A stretch of DNA of 64,000 bases from Octopus vulgaris (lineage: Eukaryota). The DNA lies in assembly GCA_951406725.2 (NCBI GenBank), contig OX597817.1, positions 61,070,001 to 61,134,000 of the forward strand, read 5' to 3'. Shown here piece by piece: positions 28,021-43,428 of this stretch. Each line of letters begins with the position of its first letter. The first letter of the stretch is position 1. The notes under the pieces were generated by a model. The model searched no databases and was not told the DNA's origin. It worked only from the letters and a program-made list of their open reading frames with translations. Both the position numbers and the translations under genes were made by a program.

Positions 28021-28395
28021 ATTTGCTTACGAACCATATGGTTCCGGGTTCAGTCCCACTGCGTGGCACCTTGGGCAAGTGCTTTCTACTATAGCCTCGG
28101 GCCGACCAAAGCCTTGTGAGTGGATTTGGTAGACGGAAACTGAAAGAAGCCCGTCGTATATATGTATATATATATGTGTGTGTGTGTGTTTGTGTGTTGT
28201 GTTTGTCCCCCCCCCCAACATTGCTTGACAACCGATGCTGGTGTGTTTACGTCCCCGAAACTTAGCGGTTCGGCAAAAGAGACCGATAGAATAAGTACCA
28301 GGCTTACAAAGACTAAGTCCTGGGGTCGATTTCCTCGACTAAAGGCGGTGCTCCAGCATGACCACAGCCAGATGACTGAAAGAAGTAAATGAGTA
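28021..28395 (+). mobile_element. tRNA-derived SINE, family 1 (head truncated)
   Basis: Matches 44105-44487. Further partial or diverged copies at ~29912-30280, 30781-30945, 31657-31940, 33385-33830, 36985-37455 (minus), 45840-46010, 48095-48308 and 56345-56612 (minus). Confidence 0.8.
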
Positions 28396-29119
28396 AATGA
28401 GTATACATACATACATACATACGTACATGCATACATGCATGCATGTACACAACTCACATATGAATACGTATATTTTATACAGAACACTCCAGATGTATTG
28501 AGCATCCTATATCGCATCTGCACAAAACGTGCTCTTGTTGTTTGCACTCAACTGTAAGCTTGGCCTCACAACTGCGATATCAAACGAGAAGCATCGACAG
28601 CTGCAACTGTTGCTCTCTAAGCCTAAGTTCTTCAAATATTTCGGTATTTATAGTCATTTCATTGTTATCTTTACCAACAGTCATTTGTGGCGTATTCATA
28701 GTAATGCCTGTTGACCATCTGTTTGGTAGAGACATACTCGACATGATGACAAATCCAACATAAGCCCGGCTGCCAGCGTCTGCCTGTGTACAGCAGAGGA
28801 ATATACAGGCTCACAATACGACTCTGCCCGTTTCTCTCTATCGCTCTCAGTGATGTTTTCTTACTTAACATCAATCTGTCAGCCTGTCCTCACTCACTCA
28901 CTCACTCGCTCACTGACTGACTCACTCGCTCACTCACTCACACACTCACTCACTCACTCACTCACTCACTCTCTCACATATACTTCAGAATATACTCGTA
29001 CATATAAATACATGATGGAAGAGAAACACAAAGGCAATCATGCATACACGCACACATACACACACATATATATATACATACATATATAATATATATAAAT
29101 ATATGCATATATACATACA

Positions 29120-29560
29120 TATATATGTACATACCTCCATCTATATGTATATATACATGCATATATGGGTACAGGACACCACAAAAAACGTTGAACACAA
29201 TGAGAAACGAAAACATAAAAACAAAAATATCGAAACGAACTTTTTTGTTCAAACAACGATAAAACAGAGTACAATACATACAACACAAGGAATATTCCCT
29301 TTCTTCAGTTGTCCCTGTTTCGTCTACTCCGCGTGTCGAAGGTAAGGACAGTCCTTCCCGCAAAGCAAAATAAATAAATTTTGGGTTTTTTTGCGGAGAG
29401 GTAAAAGTGGTAACAAGAACAGGACAGTAAAAACAAAACAAGACAGTAAAAGCAATACAAATTAAAACAGTAAAACACAGGACAAGGAGAATAACACAGT
29501 AAAAAAAAAAAAACGATGAGGGCTGTTAAAGCAAGACGATGGAAAAAATATTTTTGGGGG
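29120..29560 (-). mobile_element. Dispersed TA-associated element, family C
   Basis: Homologous in reverse to ~42480-42860 (GAGTAGAyGAAAC...ACTGAAGAAGGG...TTTCTCATTGTGTTC...GGTGTCCTGTAC). Confidence 0.6.
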
Positions 29561-29591
29561 TGCGCTTAAACCTTAATTTTAAATACTGATA

Positions 29592-29622
<31 letters not shown>

Positions 29623-29654
29623 TGTATGTATGTATGTATGTATGTTTGTATGTA

Positions 29655-29848
29655 TTCGCCATGATAGATCGCTAACCACTACACATTCTTTATTGTCTCT
29701 CCTTTTTTCCTTCTGTGTTCCTTTCTGTGGAAGAGCGTTGGCTCGAAACGTTAAAGACTTTTTCACTTCCCGAGAGTTATACTTATACATCCGTTTGTTG
29801 TCTACATCACCTGTCTTCGTCTTTTTTTTTTGGTGAATTCTCCCCCTA
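29655..29848 (+). mobile_element. Dispersed HHR-like element, family B
   Basis: Homologous to 47295-47462. Contains CTTT-CTGTGGA-A-GAGC GTTG GCTC-GAAAC-GTT|AAAG at 29721-29756. Confidence 0.65.
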
Positions 29849-30275
29849 TGTATGTATGTATGTATGTATGTATGTATGTATGTATGTATGTATAAATATA
29901 TATCTATGTATAGGCGCAGGAATGACTGTAGCGTAAGAAGCTTGCTTCCCAGCAGCAAAGATCCCGATTCACTCCTATTTCGTAGCACCTTAGGCTAGTG
30001 TATTTCTACGGTAGCCTCGGGCCGACTTGTGATTGGATTTGGTAGACGGAAATTCAAAGGAGCTTGTCGTGTATGTATATAAATGTATGTGTGTATGTGT
30101 GTGTGTGTGTGTATCTATGTGTGTGTATCTATGTGTCTGTATTTGTTCCCACCCCCACTCCCTGCTCGAGAACCGCAGGTTGGTTTGTTTATGAAAGAAT
30201 AGCTAAGTTGTGTGGTCTATTCGTTCGACCAAAATTGTTTAAGGCGGTGTCACTGTCTAATTACTGAAACAAGGA

Positions 30276-30311
<36 letters not shown>

Positions 30312-31077
30312 TGGATGTCTTAAATCTTAGTGGTAGAAATCTGTAGTGAATTCCAGAAAAAACTTTTTTCATTTTCTTCCCGTTCGTCATTCTAAGTTAA
30401 AAAGAGGTAAAACGAGCAGAAGTTCCATAAAGCAGCCCAGTTGAACTATGTCTGAGACGTTCCAAGATTCTGCGGAAGAAGTTTGTAGAAACCATAAATC
30501 ATTTAAGAGCTTCTGTTCCGTTCTCTTACATTTCTGACTCAAAACCAAGGGAAGAATGTTTACAAACTTGGATAGCTTAAATAAACTGTCTGATGAGTGT
30601 TTATCGACATTAAATGTACACACAATACACACGCACGCGCGTACACACAGACATACACACACGTACACGCACATACACACACATATATGCATACACAAAT
30701 ACATGTGCGCAGAGAAGTTTGTGTGTATGTTTTTATTAGAGAGATACTCACATACAAGCATAAGTAGGTATATGAATATAAGCGCAGGAGTGGCTATGAG
30801 GTAAGAAAATTGCTGCCCAGCTACATAGTTCCAGGTTTGGTTCCACTGTGTGGCACGTTGGGCAAGTGTCTTCTACTATAGCCTCAGGCCAACCAAAGCC
30901 TTGTGAGTGTCAGTTGATAGACGGAAACTGAAAGAAGCCCGTCATATACATGTATATATATATATATCTTTTTAATTTTCCTTTGATTTCTGAATTACTA
31001 CTATTTAGCGGTTTGAGTTTAGCTGCTCGTTTTAGTGAGTTGAATGGCCTATTAAGACCATTCCTTAATATTATTGT

Positions 31078-31138
<61 letters not shown>

Positions 31139-32014
31139 GTGACAAGATCTGACGTTAAAATAGATAGATATTGTTTCACTTTTGACACATTGTACTGAAA
31201 TAGTGGAGAAGATATGATATTGCTCTGGGCTCACACTAGGCAAGAAGTTCAAACTTTTTTTGGTCTATGACACTACATGGACCCTAAGTAAGGCATGTAT
31301 AAAATCTGAATGAAATTCGATGTGTAGTTCTCAAGTTTTAGGGATTCACACAGGCAGACAGACAGCTATACACACATTCTCATCTTTATATATATATATC
31401 TGCACAAATGTACATATATAAATGTATATATATACATTCATATATATAGATGTATATATATACATGTATATATATAGAGATGTATATGTATACATGTATA
31501 TGTATAGATGTATATATATATATACATATAGATGTATATGTATACATGTATATGTGTAGATGTATATATATAGATGTACATGTAATATGTACACATATAT
31601 ACATGCATACATATATACACCCATACACACATACACACACACGCACATATACACATAGGTGCAGGTGTGGCTGTGTGGTAAGAAATTTGGTTCCAAAGCA
31701 CATGGTCCTGCGTTCAGTACCACTCTATGGTGACTTGGCATGTGTCTTCTGCTATAGACTCAGACCAAACAGAAACTGAAAGAAATCAATCATATATATA
31801 TGTATATATGTAAGTGTATGTGTGTATCGCTGTCTGTGTTTCTCCCTCATCACTGCTTCTCTGCTGTTCGTTTATTTACACCCCCATAACTTACTGGTTT
31901 GACAAGAAGAAACTGATAGAATAAGTACGAGGCTTATCAAAATAGAAAAAAAAAACACTAGGCAGTGTCTTATAATTTTGTTTGCCCACTCAGTTGTATC
32001 TATCAACCTATCTT

Positions 32015-32048
<34 letters not shown>

Positions 32049-32050
32049 AT

Positions 32051-32105
<55 letters not shown>

Positions 32106-32305
32106 GTTAATCCAAACAAGAAAACACAAAAAAAACACAACGCGAGAACGAGGAACAAATATAGTATTATTGGACGCTCAGGAAAGAAGGGAAGAAGGAG
32201 GGTTTAACGTTTCGAGCGGAGCTCTTCGTCGGAAACATAGGAGAAGGAAAGATCCAGAGAAGGGAAGACAGAGGAAAAAAAATCGCCAACGGTACACACG
32301 AGGTC
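32106..32305 (-). mobile_element. Family A HHR-bearing element
   Basis: Reverse copy of 13014-13218. Motif at 32202-32236 has a perfect stem II (GAGC TCC GCTC). Confidence 0.7.
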
Positions 32306-32504
32306 GGGCATATTCATATCTATTATATAAAATTTGCACACCTTGTAACGCTGGAAATGTACTACTGTATCAGCTGTTCACAACCAGTGAACTAAGGTAA
32401 CACCTCTTTTTTTTCGAGCACCTTCCGGATTATTCGTGCGGTTCAAAGCAGTGCTGTTTTCTGGAAGTGCTCCATCCTTATTGCAGTCTCTATTTGTTCC
32501 ACGT

Positions 32505-32892
32505 CATCTAAGTATAAAGACCTGCTAATAGAAATTGAGAAAATGTGGCATCTCAAGGTGTCTACAGTACAAGTGATTATAGGATCTCTAGGAATGATAA
32601 AAAAAAAAAAGGTACTGAAACCTATTTGAAAATGATACCAGGCTTACGACCCCTACAGGAATTGCAAAAAATCGTGTTAACTGGAACGGCTCAAGTACCG
32701 AGAAGAGCATTATTCCTGTGAAAACAACATCCATTCATGAATTTATTTATTTATTAATTTTTTAAATACATATTTTACCTGTAAATTTGCGTGTGTAATC
32801 TGGGAATGCATACAATGAGCTTCTCTGCCCTAGGTGTACGGAAAACATTCGGCAAAAAAACGGAAGAAAATTTGAAGAAAGAAGGAAAAAAC

Positions 32893-32893
<1 letters not shown>
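32505..32893 (+). mobile_element. R4/Dong-like LINE 3' stub (degenerate)
   Basis: SKYKDLLIEIEKMWHLK...QKIVLTGTAQ, then UTR and (TAA)n tail. Confidence 0.75.
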
Positions 32894-32954
<61 letters not shown>

Positions 32955-33587
32955 TCATTAAGAAAAAAAGGAGATTGTAAACCTGATTGAAATACTTGGC
33001 TTCACTTGGCTAATTTGATTTAGATTTACTAAATACGCTGTTATACGCTCTAATTATTTTTAATACTCGGTACACAAACTTAATTATTCATTATAAGTGT
33101 TGTAACATTTTAAATAATTTGGTTTGAACTTAGATTAATATTTAATTAGTAAAAAGCTGGACTGTGACAATGCTAGCCTGAGTAACCCGGGCGCTGTATT
33201 TTCTGTACCACGTCACCATGGTGAAGCCGAATCGTTTAATGAATAACAATGAATACGCATCGCGCATTGCTATCAGGGAACTTTCACCGAACTAATTAGC
33301 TATACATTTGCTGTGTTAATTATACGATATTTGTAATAAGTATAACGGCAGCAACTAAAGTTACGCTTAGAAACTCGCTTTACAACCACGCGGCTTTAGA
33401 TACAATCAAATTGCGTGGCACCTTGAACAAATGTCTTCTGTCGTAGCAGCTGACCGACCAATGCCTTGTGAATGAGTTTGGTAGGAGCAAACTGTGTGGA
33501 AGCTTTTCGTATATATGTATGCATTTTAGGGGTTAGGGTTGGGTGCATGTACGTTTCTGCGAGTGTGTTGTGTGTATGTGTGTGTGT

Positions 33588-33630
<43 letters not shown>

Positions 33631-34905
33631 TCGTCCTCGCAATCGCTTGGCAGCCGGTGTTTGATTTGCTTACATCTCCGTAACATAACAGTTCGGTAAA
33701 AGTGACCGATAAATTCAGTATCAGAGTTTTAAAAGATGCATAACTATCAAGCCAATTTGTTCGATTAAAATACTCCAATGTGGTGCTCCAGCATGGCCGC
33801 AATCCACTAAGTGAAACACAACAAAAAGTGCAAAAAAATATCCAGGGGATAATTTTTAGAATTTGGATACGTAACATCGTCTTACTAAAACTGCAATTCC
33901 AAAGCAGGTGTTATTTTTGTGGAATTTGTTGCAGTGAGGTTATTTTGAGAAATCTGGGCAGATGAAAGTCCCTCTCGGAAAAGTTCGGTGAGATAAGATT
34001 AATAAAAAAAATTATATATTTAAAAGCGTTGAAAGGATAAATGGATATCAGTGAAATTGAAAAAAAAAATTCTTTGAAGTAACTGCCAATGTTGATAATG
34101 AAGGAAGAGTGAATGTATCCTATAATACCATGCTTAATATAACAAATGAAGCTATTGGTGTCAAGACCATAATAACAGTAATTCAAACTAAATGATAGAA
34201 ACAACAATGAAGAAATATACTCAACGGGTTTTAAAGTATATGCTACTAAGTACAATGGAATGGTGCACAGTGATTGCCCATAATGTGGAGGAATCTTTAA
34301 TAGCTGACCTCAGCTTTGCAAGGTTGTCGCCAAAATGAGGAGTCAGCTTTCGGCAATTCAAGTATTTGTATGGATTGTGTGAGTTATTATGACCGAAGCT
34401 TAAAAATCTGAATCCGGGAGATTAGAAACTTGTTCAACGTATGGAGTATTATTTAGAGCAACAATGTTCTTCGATGGTGTACCAATAAAGATTAGCCTTT
34501 CCAAATGATGTCAGTATGTTGGTTTGGCTGTGTGGTTAAGAAGATTGCTGTGAAACCGTGTGAGGTCGTGTTCAGTTGCTTCTCATAAGACTCAATGCCT
34601 GAGGATTCTACTGCTGCGGCTCTCCCAGGAATTGTAAACGGTGAGAAATGGTTGGATGGATAGACTCGAAGAAAATGCACCCACCTGACTGGATTGTTAT
34701 TGCTTTGACTTGAAAATAGATAATGCAGATGTCGAATTCCACAAGAAGTCATTCAAAAGTATGTGAAACTCCATCTCGAAGCTCAAAAAGCAAAACCTTT
34801 AGTGACTGATTTCTTTTTCAATTTTATCTCCAGCCCCCGGACTCATAAGGCTAGTTACCCGATTTCCATGGTGTACATTTGTAACAATGTATGTCTGTGT
34901 ATATG

Positions 34906-35342
<437 letters not shown>

Positions 35343-35423
35343 TTTATATTACAGCTATTGGAAAGAAAGGCAACTAAAGATACTTAAGAATTGAACAATG
35401 TAATAACCAGAAATGTGAAGTTT

Positions 35424-35512
35424 TCTTCTGATGAAAAGGGGTTGCCGTTGCTTTTTCTAAGGGAATGTACATTACCGATATGAAGTAGCATCCTTTGAAA
35501 CGATCGTAGGGA
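35424..35512 (+). ncRNA. Hammerhead ribozyme-like motif with long stem II
   Basis: TCTT-CTGATGA-AAAGGGGTTGC...GTAGCATCCTTT-GAAAC GATC GTA|GGGA. Stem III is palindromic (ACGATCGT); stems I and II rely on G-U pairs. Confidence 0.55.
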
Positions 35513-35962
35513 TGGGCATGAATGGAGTCTGTTCTGGTTACCTTACACTTTATTTTTTATATTTATATTGTTGTATTTTTATATATTTATATTTCTTGTG
35601 TTTTAGCTTCATTGCTTTAAATTTTTTGTCGCTTTCATTATCCATTAATTCATTGCATATATTTTTCTTCATTCGACTTCACTCGTATTACCCTTTCAGG
35701 ATTTATCACGTTTTATTCGTATATATGTGTATATTTTATAGTATTAGGTTTTACTATTGGATGCCCCATAATTTTAATATGTATTTATGTTCGATTTATG
35801 ATTATATGGGAATGATACAAAGTTGTTTTGACCGATTGGAATGTTTATTCATTATATCTTTCAATTTATTTCTCTTTTTGTCTCAGTGTTACCTGAGCAC
35901 TTCCAGCTGCAGTCCTATTTTCATTTTTGCTCTTCGGTTTGACGAAGCTATAAAATCACCCC

Positions 35963-36066
<104 letters not shown>

Positions 36067-38145
36067 CATATAATAAAATATTAGGAGTAAATCCAAACTT
36101 ACAGGGAAAAATTAGATTTAGGATTAAATCTAATTTTATAGTATAAATATATATTATATTAAATTAGAGATAAAACCACTATTAGGCAAATCAAACAGTG
36201 AAAATCATAAGCCAATACATAGAAATAAAATTAATTAAAAATATAAAAAATATAAAATATAAAATATAAAAATTCAATTAAAATATTTAAATTAAAGTTA
36301 AAATTTTAAAAAATTATTTAAATTAATAAATTAAACTTATAAATTTTAAATATACATATATATATTATTATTATTATTATTATTTTTTAAACTATCAAAA
36401 AGTATTAAAAGTGTAATATAAGATATTTGCCTAATAGTGGTTTTATCTCTAATTTAATATAATATATATACACATATATATATATATTGGAATATGTGTG
36501 TAAAGGTTTGTGTGTGTGGCTGAATGTTTAGAGTATTTTACTTTGCCACCATAAGGTCTAGGCTATGATCCCACCTCATGGCCCTTTACGTAAATATCAT
36601 TTTCCGTAGATTCCGTTCGCCCCATCACCCATGTGTGATATTAGGGAGACGAAACTATATTTTTCATTGTCTTTGTACAAACAAAGTCTGAGTCGAATTG
36701 CCAACATGTGTATGCTTGCATTAAGAATGACAATGCATAAACAAATGCAATCAACTCTCGCACCCCTGGTAGATAATCTGCCTGTCTGCCTGTCTAAACA
36801 TCAGCCTGCCTAAGAATGTAAGCCTGCCTCTGTCTAGTCAATCGTTTTATCTTTCCCTAACCATTCATTCTATGTATAATTATACTCAAATATATTTTGC
36901 ACGCGCTCACAATGGCATCCTCATACACATCCGTCCATCAGTGTGGATGTATATATATATATATATATGTATATATCGTTTAATTGTTTCATTCATTTGA
37001 CGGCAGCTATGCTGGGCGCCATCTTGCAGAGTTTCTTCCAACAAATCAACAGCAGGAGTTACTTTTTTTTTTTTGAGCCCTTTTTTTTCATTCCATCGAT
37101 TTCTGTTACGGAGTCATATACAAGCCATACCCGTTGTCAAGCAGCGTGGGGAGTGGACAAACAGGCGCGCTCACACACTCAAAGACAAACATATACACAA
37201 ACATACACACTCTCGTATGTTTATGCGTGTGTTTTTGTGTGTGTGTGTGTGTGTGTGTATGCATGTGTGTGTGTATGATGTGTGGTGTGTGTGTGTCTAT
37301 GAAAGCTTTCTTTTAGTTAGCGTCAACCAGATCCAGTCACAAAGCGTTGGTCGGCCTGTGGCTCTTGCAGACAATTGCTACCCACGTGACCACGCAGTGG
37401 GACTGAATCGAGACCATGTGATTGAGAAGTACAATTCTTTACGACACAGCTATGACTGAGTGCTCGTAGAAATTCCACAGGTCTTTGTGGGGAATTCTCT
37501 CTCAGGACTATTCTTGCAGCGTTAGGTCTTACCCCGTCCGATTACAATCGAATCAGTTAAATATGACTTTACAAGTTTTTATTTTATCCAAAACTGCTTC
37601 GTGTGACATTAATTATTCTTTAAAATAGTATTAGGATTGCGCACTCCCCAGCTGTCCCGATTTCATATACCCAGTAGAAAGAAAGATCCGAGATAATTGG
37701 TGGCCCCAAGGAGTTTCAAAGGGATGCTGGGAATCGATTCCGTCGGAAACCACGTCACTTTTGACTGATACAGTTGATTTTTTTCCCCTCATGATGTTCT
37801 GCTGCGGCATTGTCTTCCTAAACACAATGGTGGACTTGTATAAACATTGGAGGACCTTGAGGTTTACTTTTACTCCGAAATGCCCTGTCGTTGCAGGTTT
37901 CAGACATTCAGCCATTATGTCGGATCCACGGTGGAACATGGAAACGGATTTAGAGACGATACAGTTCACTAGCAGCGAAAGCTTAAATTCTAGCCCAGTC
38001 GTATATGGCCCATGACGGGGGTTTACTAGCTTCAGTAGGAAAAGGAGGTACCTACCAAACTTATGATGCTCTGCTGGCGCTAATACATGACCCTCGAATA
38101 GTCACACACATACACATTATGTGTAGATATATGTCTGTCTGTCTC

Positions 38146-38210
<65 letters not shown>

Positions 38211-38211
38211 A

Positions 38212-38287
<76 letters not shown>

Positions 38288-38407
38288 TATATATATACAC
38301 GTACAAACACAAACATATACACAAATATTTGAATATGTGTACAGATACATGTCACCATCTACAAATGCGTTGGTAAACTCACACACATATACATACATAT
38401 ATAGGTA

Positions 38408-38438
<31 letters not shown>

Positions 38439-38505
38439 ACATACAAACATACACATATACATGCACACGCATGCACACATACATACATAAATTCATACAT
38501 ACATA

Positions 38506-38553
<48 letters not shown>

Positions 38554-38916
38554 TACACACACACAAGCACTTAGATGCATGCATGACTCACGTCCATTCT
38601 GTCGGCTAATATCTTCCCGTTGCTTTCTATTCTTAAAGTTAACTTTTACCACCAACAATTGCATGGCTTGTTCGGTCTTATCTCTTCGCCAGAAAACTAT
38701 GTGTTCTCTTCATCTCATGCTTTATCAGTCTCAGTTCTATATTCTTTCTGTTTTTTCATCTTTTTCACGACCATTAGGCGAAGCGAACCGCAAGATCGGA
38801 AACAAAGAACAAACCATTCAGAAAAGAAAATAAGATCACAGTCGGAAAATATAGTCCACACACACATTCACACACGCACACACTCACAAATAAAACACGC
38901 AAATACACACATGCAC

Positions 38917-38975
<59 letters not shown>

Positions 38976-39899
38976 TTCAATATTATGCTCGTTCTTTCTC
39001 TCTCTCTCTCCTTCTTCCCCCTTTTTGTTTATGTTCGGCACTCATTTGCAATGGATATTAGGACAGCCAGAACCTTAATGACACATTCACATGAGGGTTA
39101 ACTTAAACTTTTTTTCATAGACATTTTGAAAATATGTTTTACCTTTGAAACGGCGGAAATTATCAATTAATATACATTTGTAAAATGTAGGAATGTCAAA
39201 TGAATTTATGCTTACACCGAATGCAAAGGAAAGTGGGTATTTTACGGTACTTTTCGATAATGAAATTGTTAAATTTCTCATACATGATACTAACAATTAT
39301 TGTAGGTTTTGTACTTATTTAAAGCGAAAAATAAGTACAAAAATTACCCTTATGAAAACGAAATATTTTTTCGTTCGTTGTCTGTTTGGCACACGACCCT
39401 TTTCCGCCGTTTAGGTAAGTATTACCGTTGGTTTCAGTCACGATCCCTTTAACCACTCAAAGCTCCTTTTCAACGCTTACCGCCTCTCACAACCACAAAC
39501 AATAAATGATCTTTTCTCTTCTACCTCATCGGGTTCTACTTCATCATTTTCGAACACCAATTTCGTCGACCAATTTCGTGAAAGCATTTTGTTAAGTGCT
39601 ATGGAATTACGAATTATTTACAGCCTCAAATATTTTATCGACTGCTCCTCTTAAATATATGACTAATATATTTTTCCAGTCACTTACAAAAGGAATAAAT
39701 TTACATTTGACACAAATATCCTTCTAATTGCCAACATATTAACTATAATCACAGATATTGCCCCAAAACCATTGTGTGACACACGGTTTTGTGCATACGC
39801 ACAATTGTAGGTATGTAATCAGTCGATCTATCTGTGGGTGTGTGTATGTGTTTGAGAAAACAAAGAGGATTAATAAAATCCAATGCATGACTATATATA

Positions 39900-39981
<82 letters not shown>

Positions 39982-40241
39982 CATAAGTATATATTAGAAG
40001 AAATGAGGTACTCAGAAATCTGGATGGTTTTATATTTACAGGTATTTATTAGCGTGTTACATGTTTTTATAAATCATATATCATATAATAGTGCTTTCGT
40101 TCACACTAGTGGAGTTGTCAAATTGAACTTTTGCAGGAATTTTGCCTATTTTTATAGTATTATTGAGTGTGTAGGGGTGGGGAGAGATATAAGATAGTAC
40201 AAGAGGGTGAGGAATGGGGAGAAAGTGAGAGAGAGAGACAG

Positions 40242-40295
<54 letters not shown>

Positions 40296-40687
40296 TGTAT
40301 CTGAAAAGAGTGTTAAAAAAAAAGAGGAAAGGAAGAAGAAGAGAAAGAAGAAAAATTTTGTTGATATCTTTGCAGCTGGTCAGTCTTTCAATAGTAAATG
40401 ATTCTTGGCTTTTAGAAATGGCAAGCCCAGCTGGTCACTCCAAGGTGGGGGGGGGGGGCAAAATGTCACTTTTCAAAAAATTGTCTGGATTTCTTTTTAT
40501 AATTTTCTTGCGAGAGAGTGTGAGTGAGTGTGTGTGTATGTGCGCACGTGTGTGTGGGTGTCTGTGTTTCTGAAAAGTGTGTCAAATGGAAAAGGGAATA
40601 TTCCTTTTTATTAACGTGTGCCCTTGGCATCGCGAATAGTAGAATTCACAAATGATGGTCGGCAGCAAATTCGAAGGACAACAATAA

Positions 40688-40730
<43 letters not shown>

Positions 40731-40933
40731 CGAGGCGTGTTTGTGTGTGTGGAGATAAATAGACAAAGAAGTTTCTGAAGAAGATATCTATGTAGTCTCA
40801 CTAAAATGCGCAGACAACGAAGACCTGCAGAATAGGCGAAGGAGAACCAAGGTAATGGAAATATGGAAGGCAGCCATGGATATTGGAATTACAACTAAAC
40901 GTGACGCAAGAAGTGGAATCCTGTTACATCTTG

Positions 40934-41027
<94 letters not shown>

Positions 41028-41031
41028 GATA

Positions 41032-41124
<93 letters not shown>

Positions 41125-41248
41125 ATTGTAAGTCCACCTATTTCGAGGACTTACAATCGATCTGAGTATTTGACCTGTACTCAAAAGCCTCTGACCGGGG
41201 AGACCTGCGCCGATATATGTATGCATATTCATCCATCCATCCATACAT

Positions 41249-41300
<52 letters not shown>

Positions 41301-41320
41301 TATATATATATATATATATA

Positions 41321-41354
<34 letters not shown>

Positions 41355-41389
41355 GAATATATATATACATACATACATATATTTATATA

Positions 41390-41437
<48 letters not shown>

Positions 41438-41473
41438 CATATACATGTATATATATATATATATATACATACA

Positions 41474-41518
<45 letters not shown>

Positions 41519-41519
<1 letters not shown>

Positions 41520-41784
41520 GACCGGAGTAAACACATAAATGTGAAACAAGGTGGAAAAAAAGAGTACTCAAATACCAGTGGTAGAGTAATATGCTTTATT
41601 TTAAGCAGCAGAAAATTCAACAAAATCTGTTACTCTGAGTTTCTCGTTGCCGTTCATCAGACAGTTTTTGCTAGATTCTAGCAAAAACTGTCTGATGAAC
41701 GGCAACGAGAAACTCAGAGTAACAGATTTTGTTGAATTTTCTGCTGCTTAAAATAAAGCATATCACTCTACCACTGGTATTTGA

Positions 41785-41787
<3 letters not shown>
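41519..41787. mobile_element. Fold-back insertion in (TA)n (palindrome 41565-41787, centre 41676)
   Basis: 111-bp arms with one mismatch, 46-bp left extension, an HHR followed by AATAAA in each arm. Confidence 0.8.
41688..41725 (+). ncRNA. Minimal type I hammerhead ribozyme (predicted); mirror copy at 41627-41664 on minus
   Basis: CTGT-CTGATGA-A CG GCAA CG A-GAAAC TCAGA GTA|ACAG. Canonical core and near-palindromic stem III (ACTC A GAGT), the form known from Penelope-like pLTRs. Confidence 0.75.
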
Positions 41788-41856
<69 letters not shown>

Positions 41857-41857
41857 T

Positions 41858-41924
<67 letters not shown>

Positions 41925-42419
41925 GGACTTAATTCTTTATTGGAATATTGGGTCTTGGAGCAGACGGGGCTATACCATGTGAATATAGGTTTAAAGCACT
42001 TTTGGATATAAAAAAGATGAAAGGTAACCGTTGAACCTGAACCCGCTTCTGCTGTAAATATGACAGACGTTCAACTACGGCAGCTTTCATCATTTTATAT
42101 CCAATGGATTTCTTAAGCCAATTTTTACACGCTAATATTTCTTGCTTTATCTGCTTCAAGGTCCAACGTTCCAAACAAGAATTATTTATAATATAAGAAT
42201 TATTTATTGTATATCGCTTGAAGTTTATATATACTCATGTCAGTACACACACACACACACACACACATTTATATATATATATATATATCCTCTCTCTCAT
42301 TCTTCACTCTCTCTCTCACCCTCTCCATTCTTCATGGTTTCCTCGCAGCCATTCCCCTTCTTCTCTCCCTTTCTCTTGCTCCTCCCCCCCTCCCGTCGTT
42401 CACCCGCGACGAGACTTCC

Positions 42420-42880
42420 GCTGCTGTCTTTCTGGCCTGGCCCCCTCAAGGTAATGGACGACAATTCTTTCTGCTCCGCTCGTCTTTTACTGTTTATAAT
42501 TTGTACTGTCATTACTGTCCTGTTTTCGTTACCATTTTTTACCCCTCTGCGAAAAGATCTCAGAATTTTAATTGATTTGCTTTTCGCAGGAAGGAAAGTT
42601 TCTTGTCGAAGATACGTCTCGCTTTTATCCTTCGAAACGTAGAGTAGATGAAACCATAGCGACTGAAGAAGGGTTTTTTCTTTGTGTTAATTCTCCTGTA
42701 CTCTATTTTTTTGTTGTTTTAAAAAATGTCCAGTTCCTTTGGTTTGTGTCTATGTTTTCGTTTCTCATTGTGTTCGACGTCCTTTTGGTGTCCTGTACTC
42801 ATATATGCGTGTATATGTACATGTAGAGGTAGGTACGTACATATATGTTTATATATATGCATATGTTTTATTTTATTTTT
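42420..42880 (+). mobile_element. Family C element with degenerate HHR-like motif at 42600-42644
   Basis: TTC-TTGTCGA-AGATA...TATCCTTC-GAAAC-GTA|GAG; homologous to 29120-29560. Confidence 0.5.
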
Positions 42881-43120
42881 TAATATATATATATATATAT
42901 ATATATTAAAAATAAAATATATATATATATATATAAAGTCAAAAGGAGGGTGAAAAAATTGTATATTAATTTAATAACATCAATTTAAATACCAGTGGTC
43001 TAGCGCATAAAAGACTGAGATTCAGTAAATATTAATACACAAATATGAGAGAGAATCCACTATCCGCAAGGATCTATATCTAGCGTAAGGGCGTCCACGT
43101 AGTGGATTCTCTCTCATATT

Positions 43121-43181
<61 letters not shown>

Positions 43182-43232
43182 TTGTACATATATATATATG
43201 TGTGTGTGTGTGTGAGTGCATGTATATGTATG

Positions 43233-43268
<36 letters not shown>

Positions 43269-43340
43269 GCAGTGACCCAGCATGCCCACAGCTCGTGAGC
43301 TGAAACTAGATGAAAATAAATATATATATTTATATTTATT

Positions 43341-43428
<88 letters not shown>

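Noticed and set aside
29295-29345. GAAAC...CTGAAGAAGGG on minus strand as a permuted hammerhead (also 42650-42675 plus)
   Set aside because: I could not build consistent stems I and III in either copy.
30586-30622. CTGTCTGATGAG...CGACA...GTA hammerhead-like string
   Set aside because: GAAA is absent and stem I does not pair; at best a decayed relic.
40760-40860. Possible exon ending AAG|GTAATG
   Set aside because: No polypyrimidine acceptor, no recognisable peptide and no partner exons.
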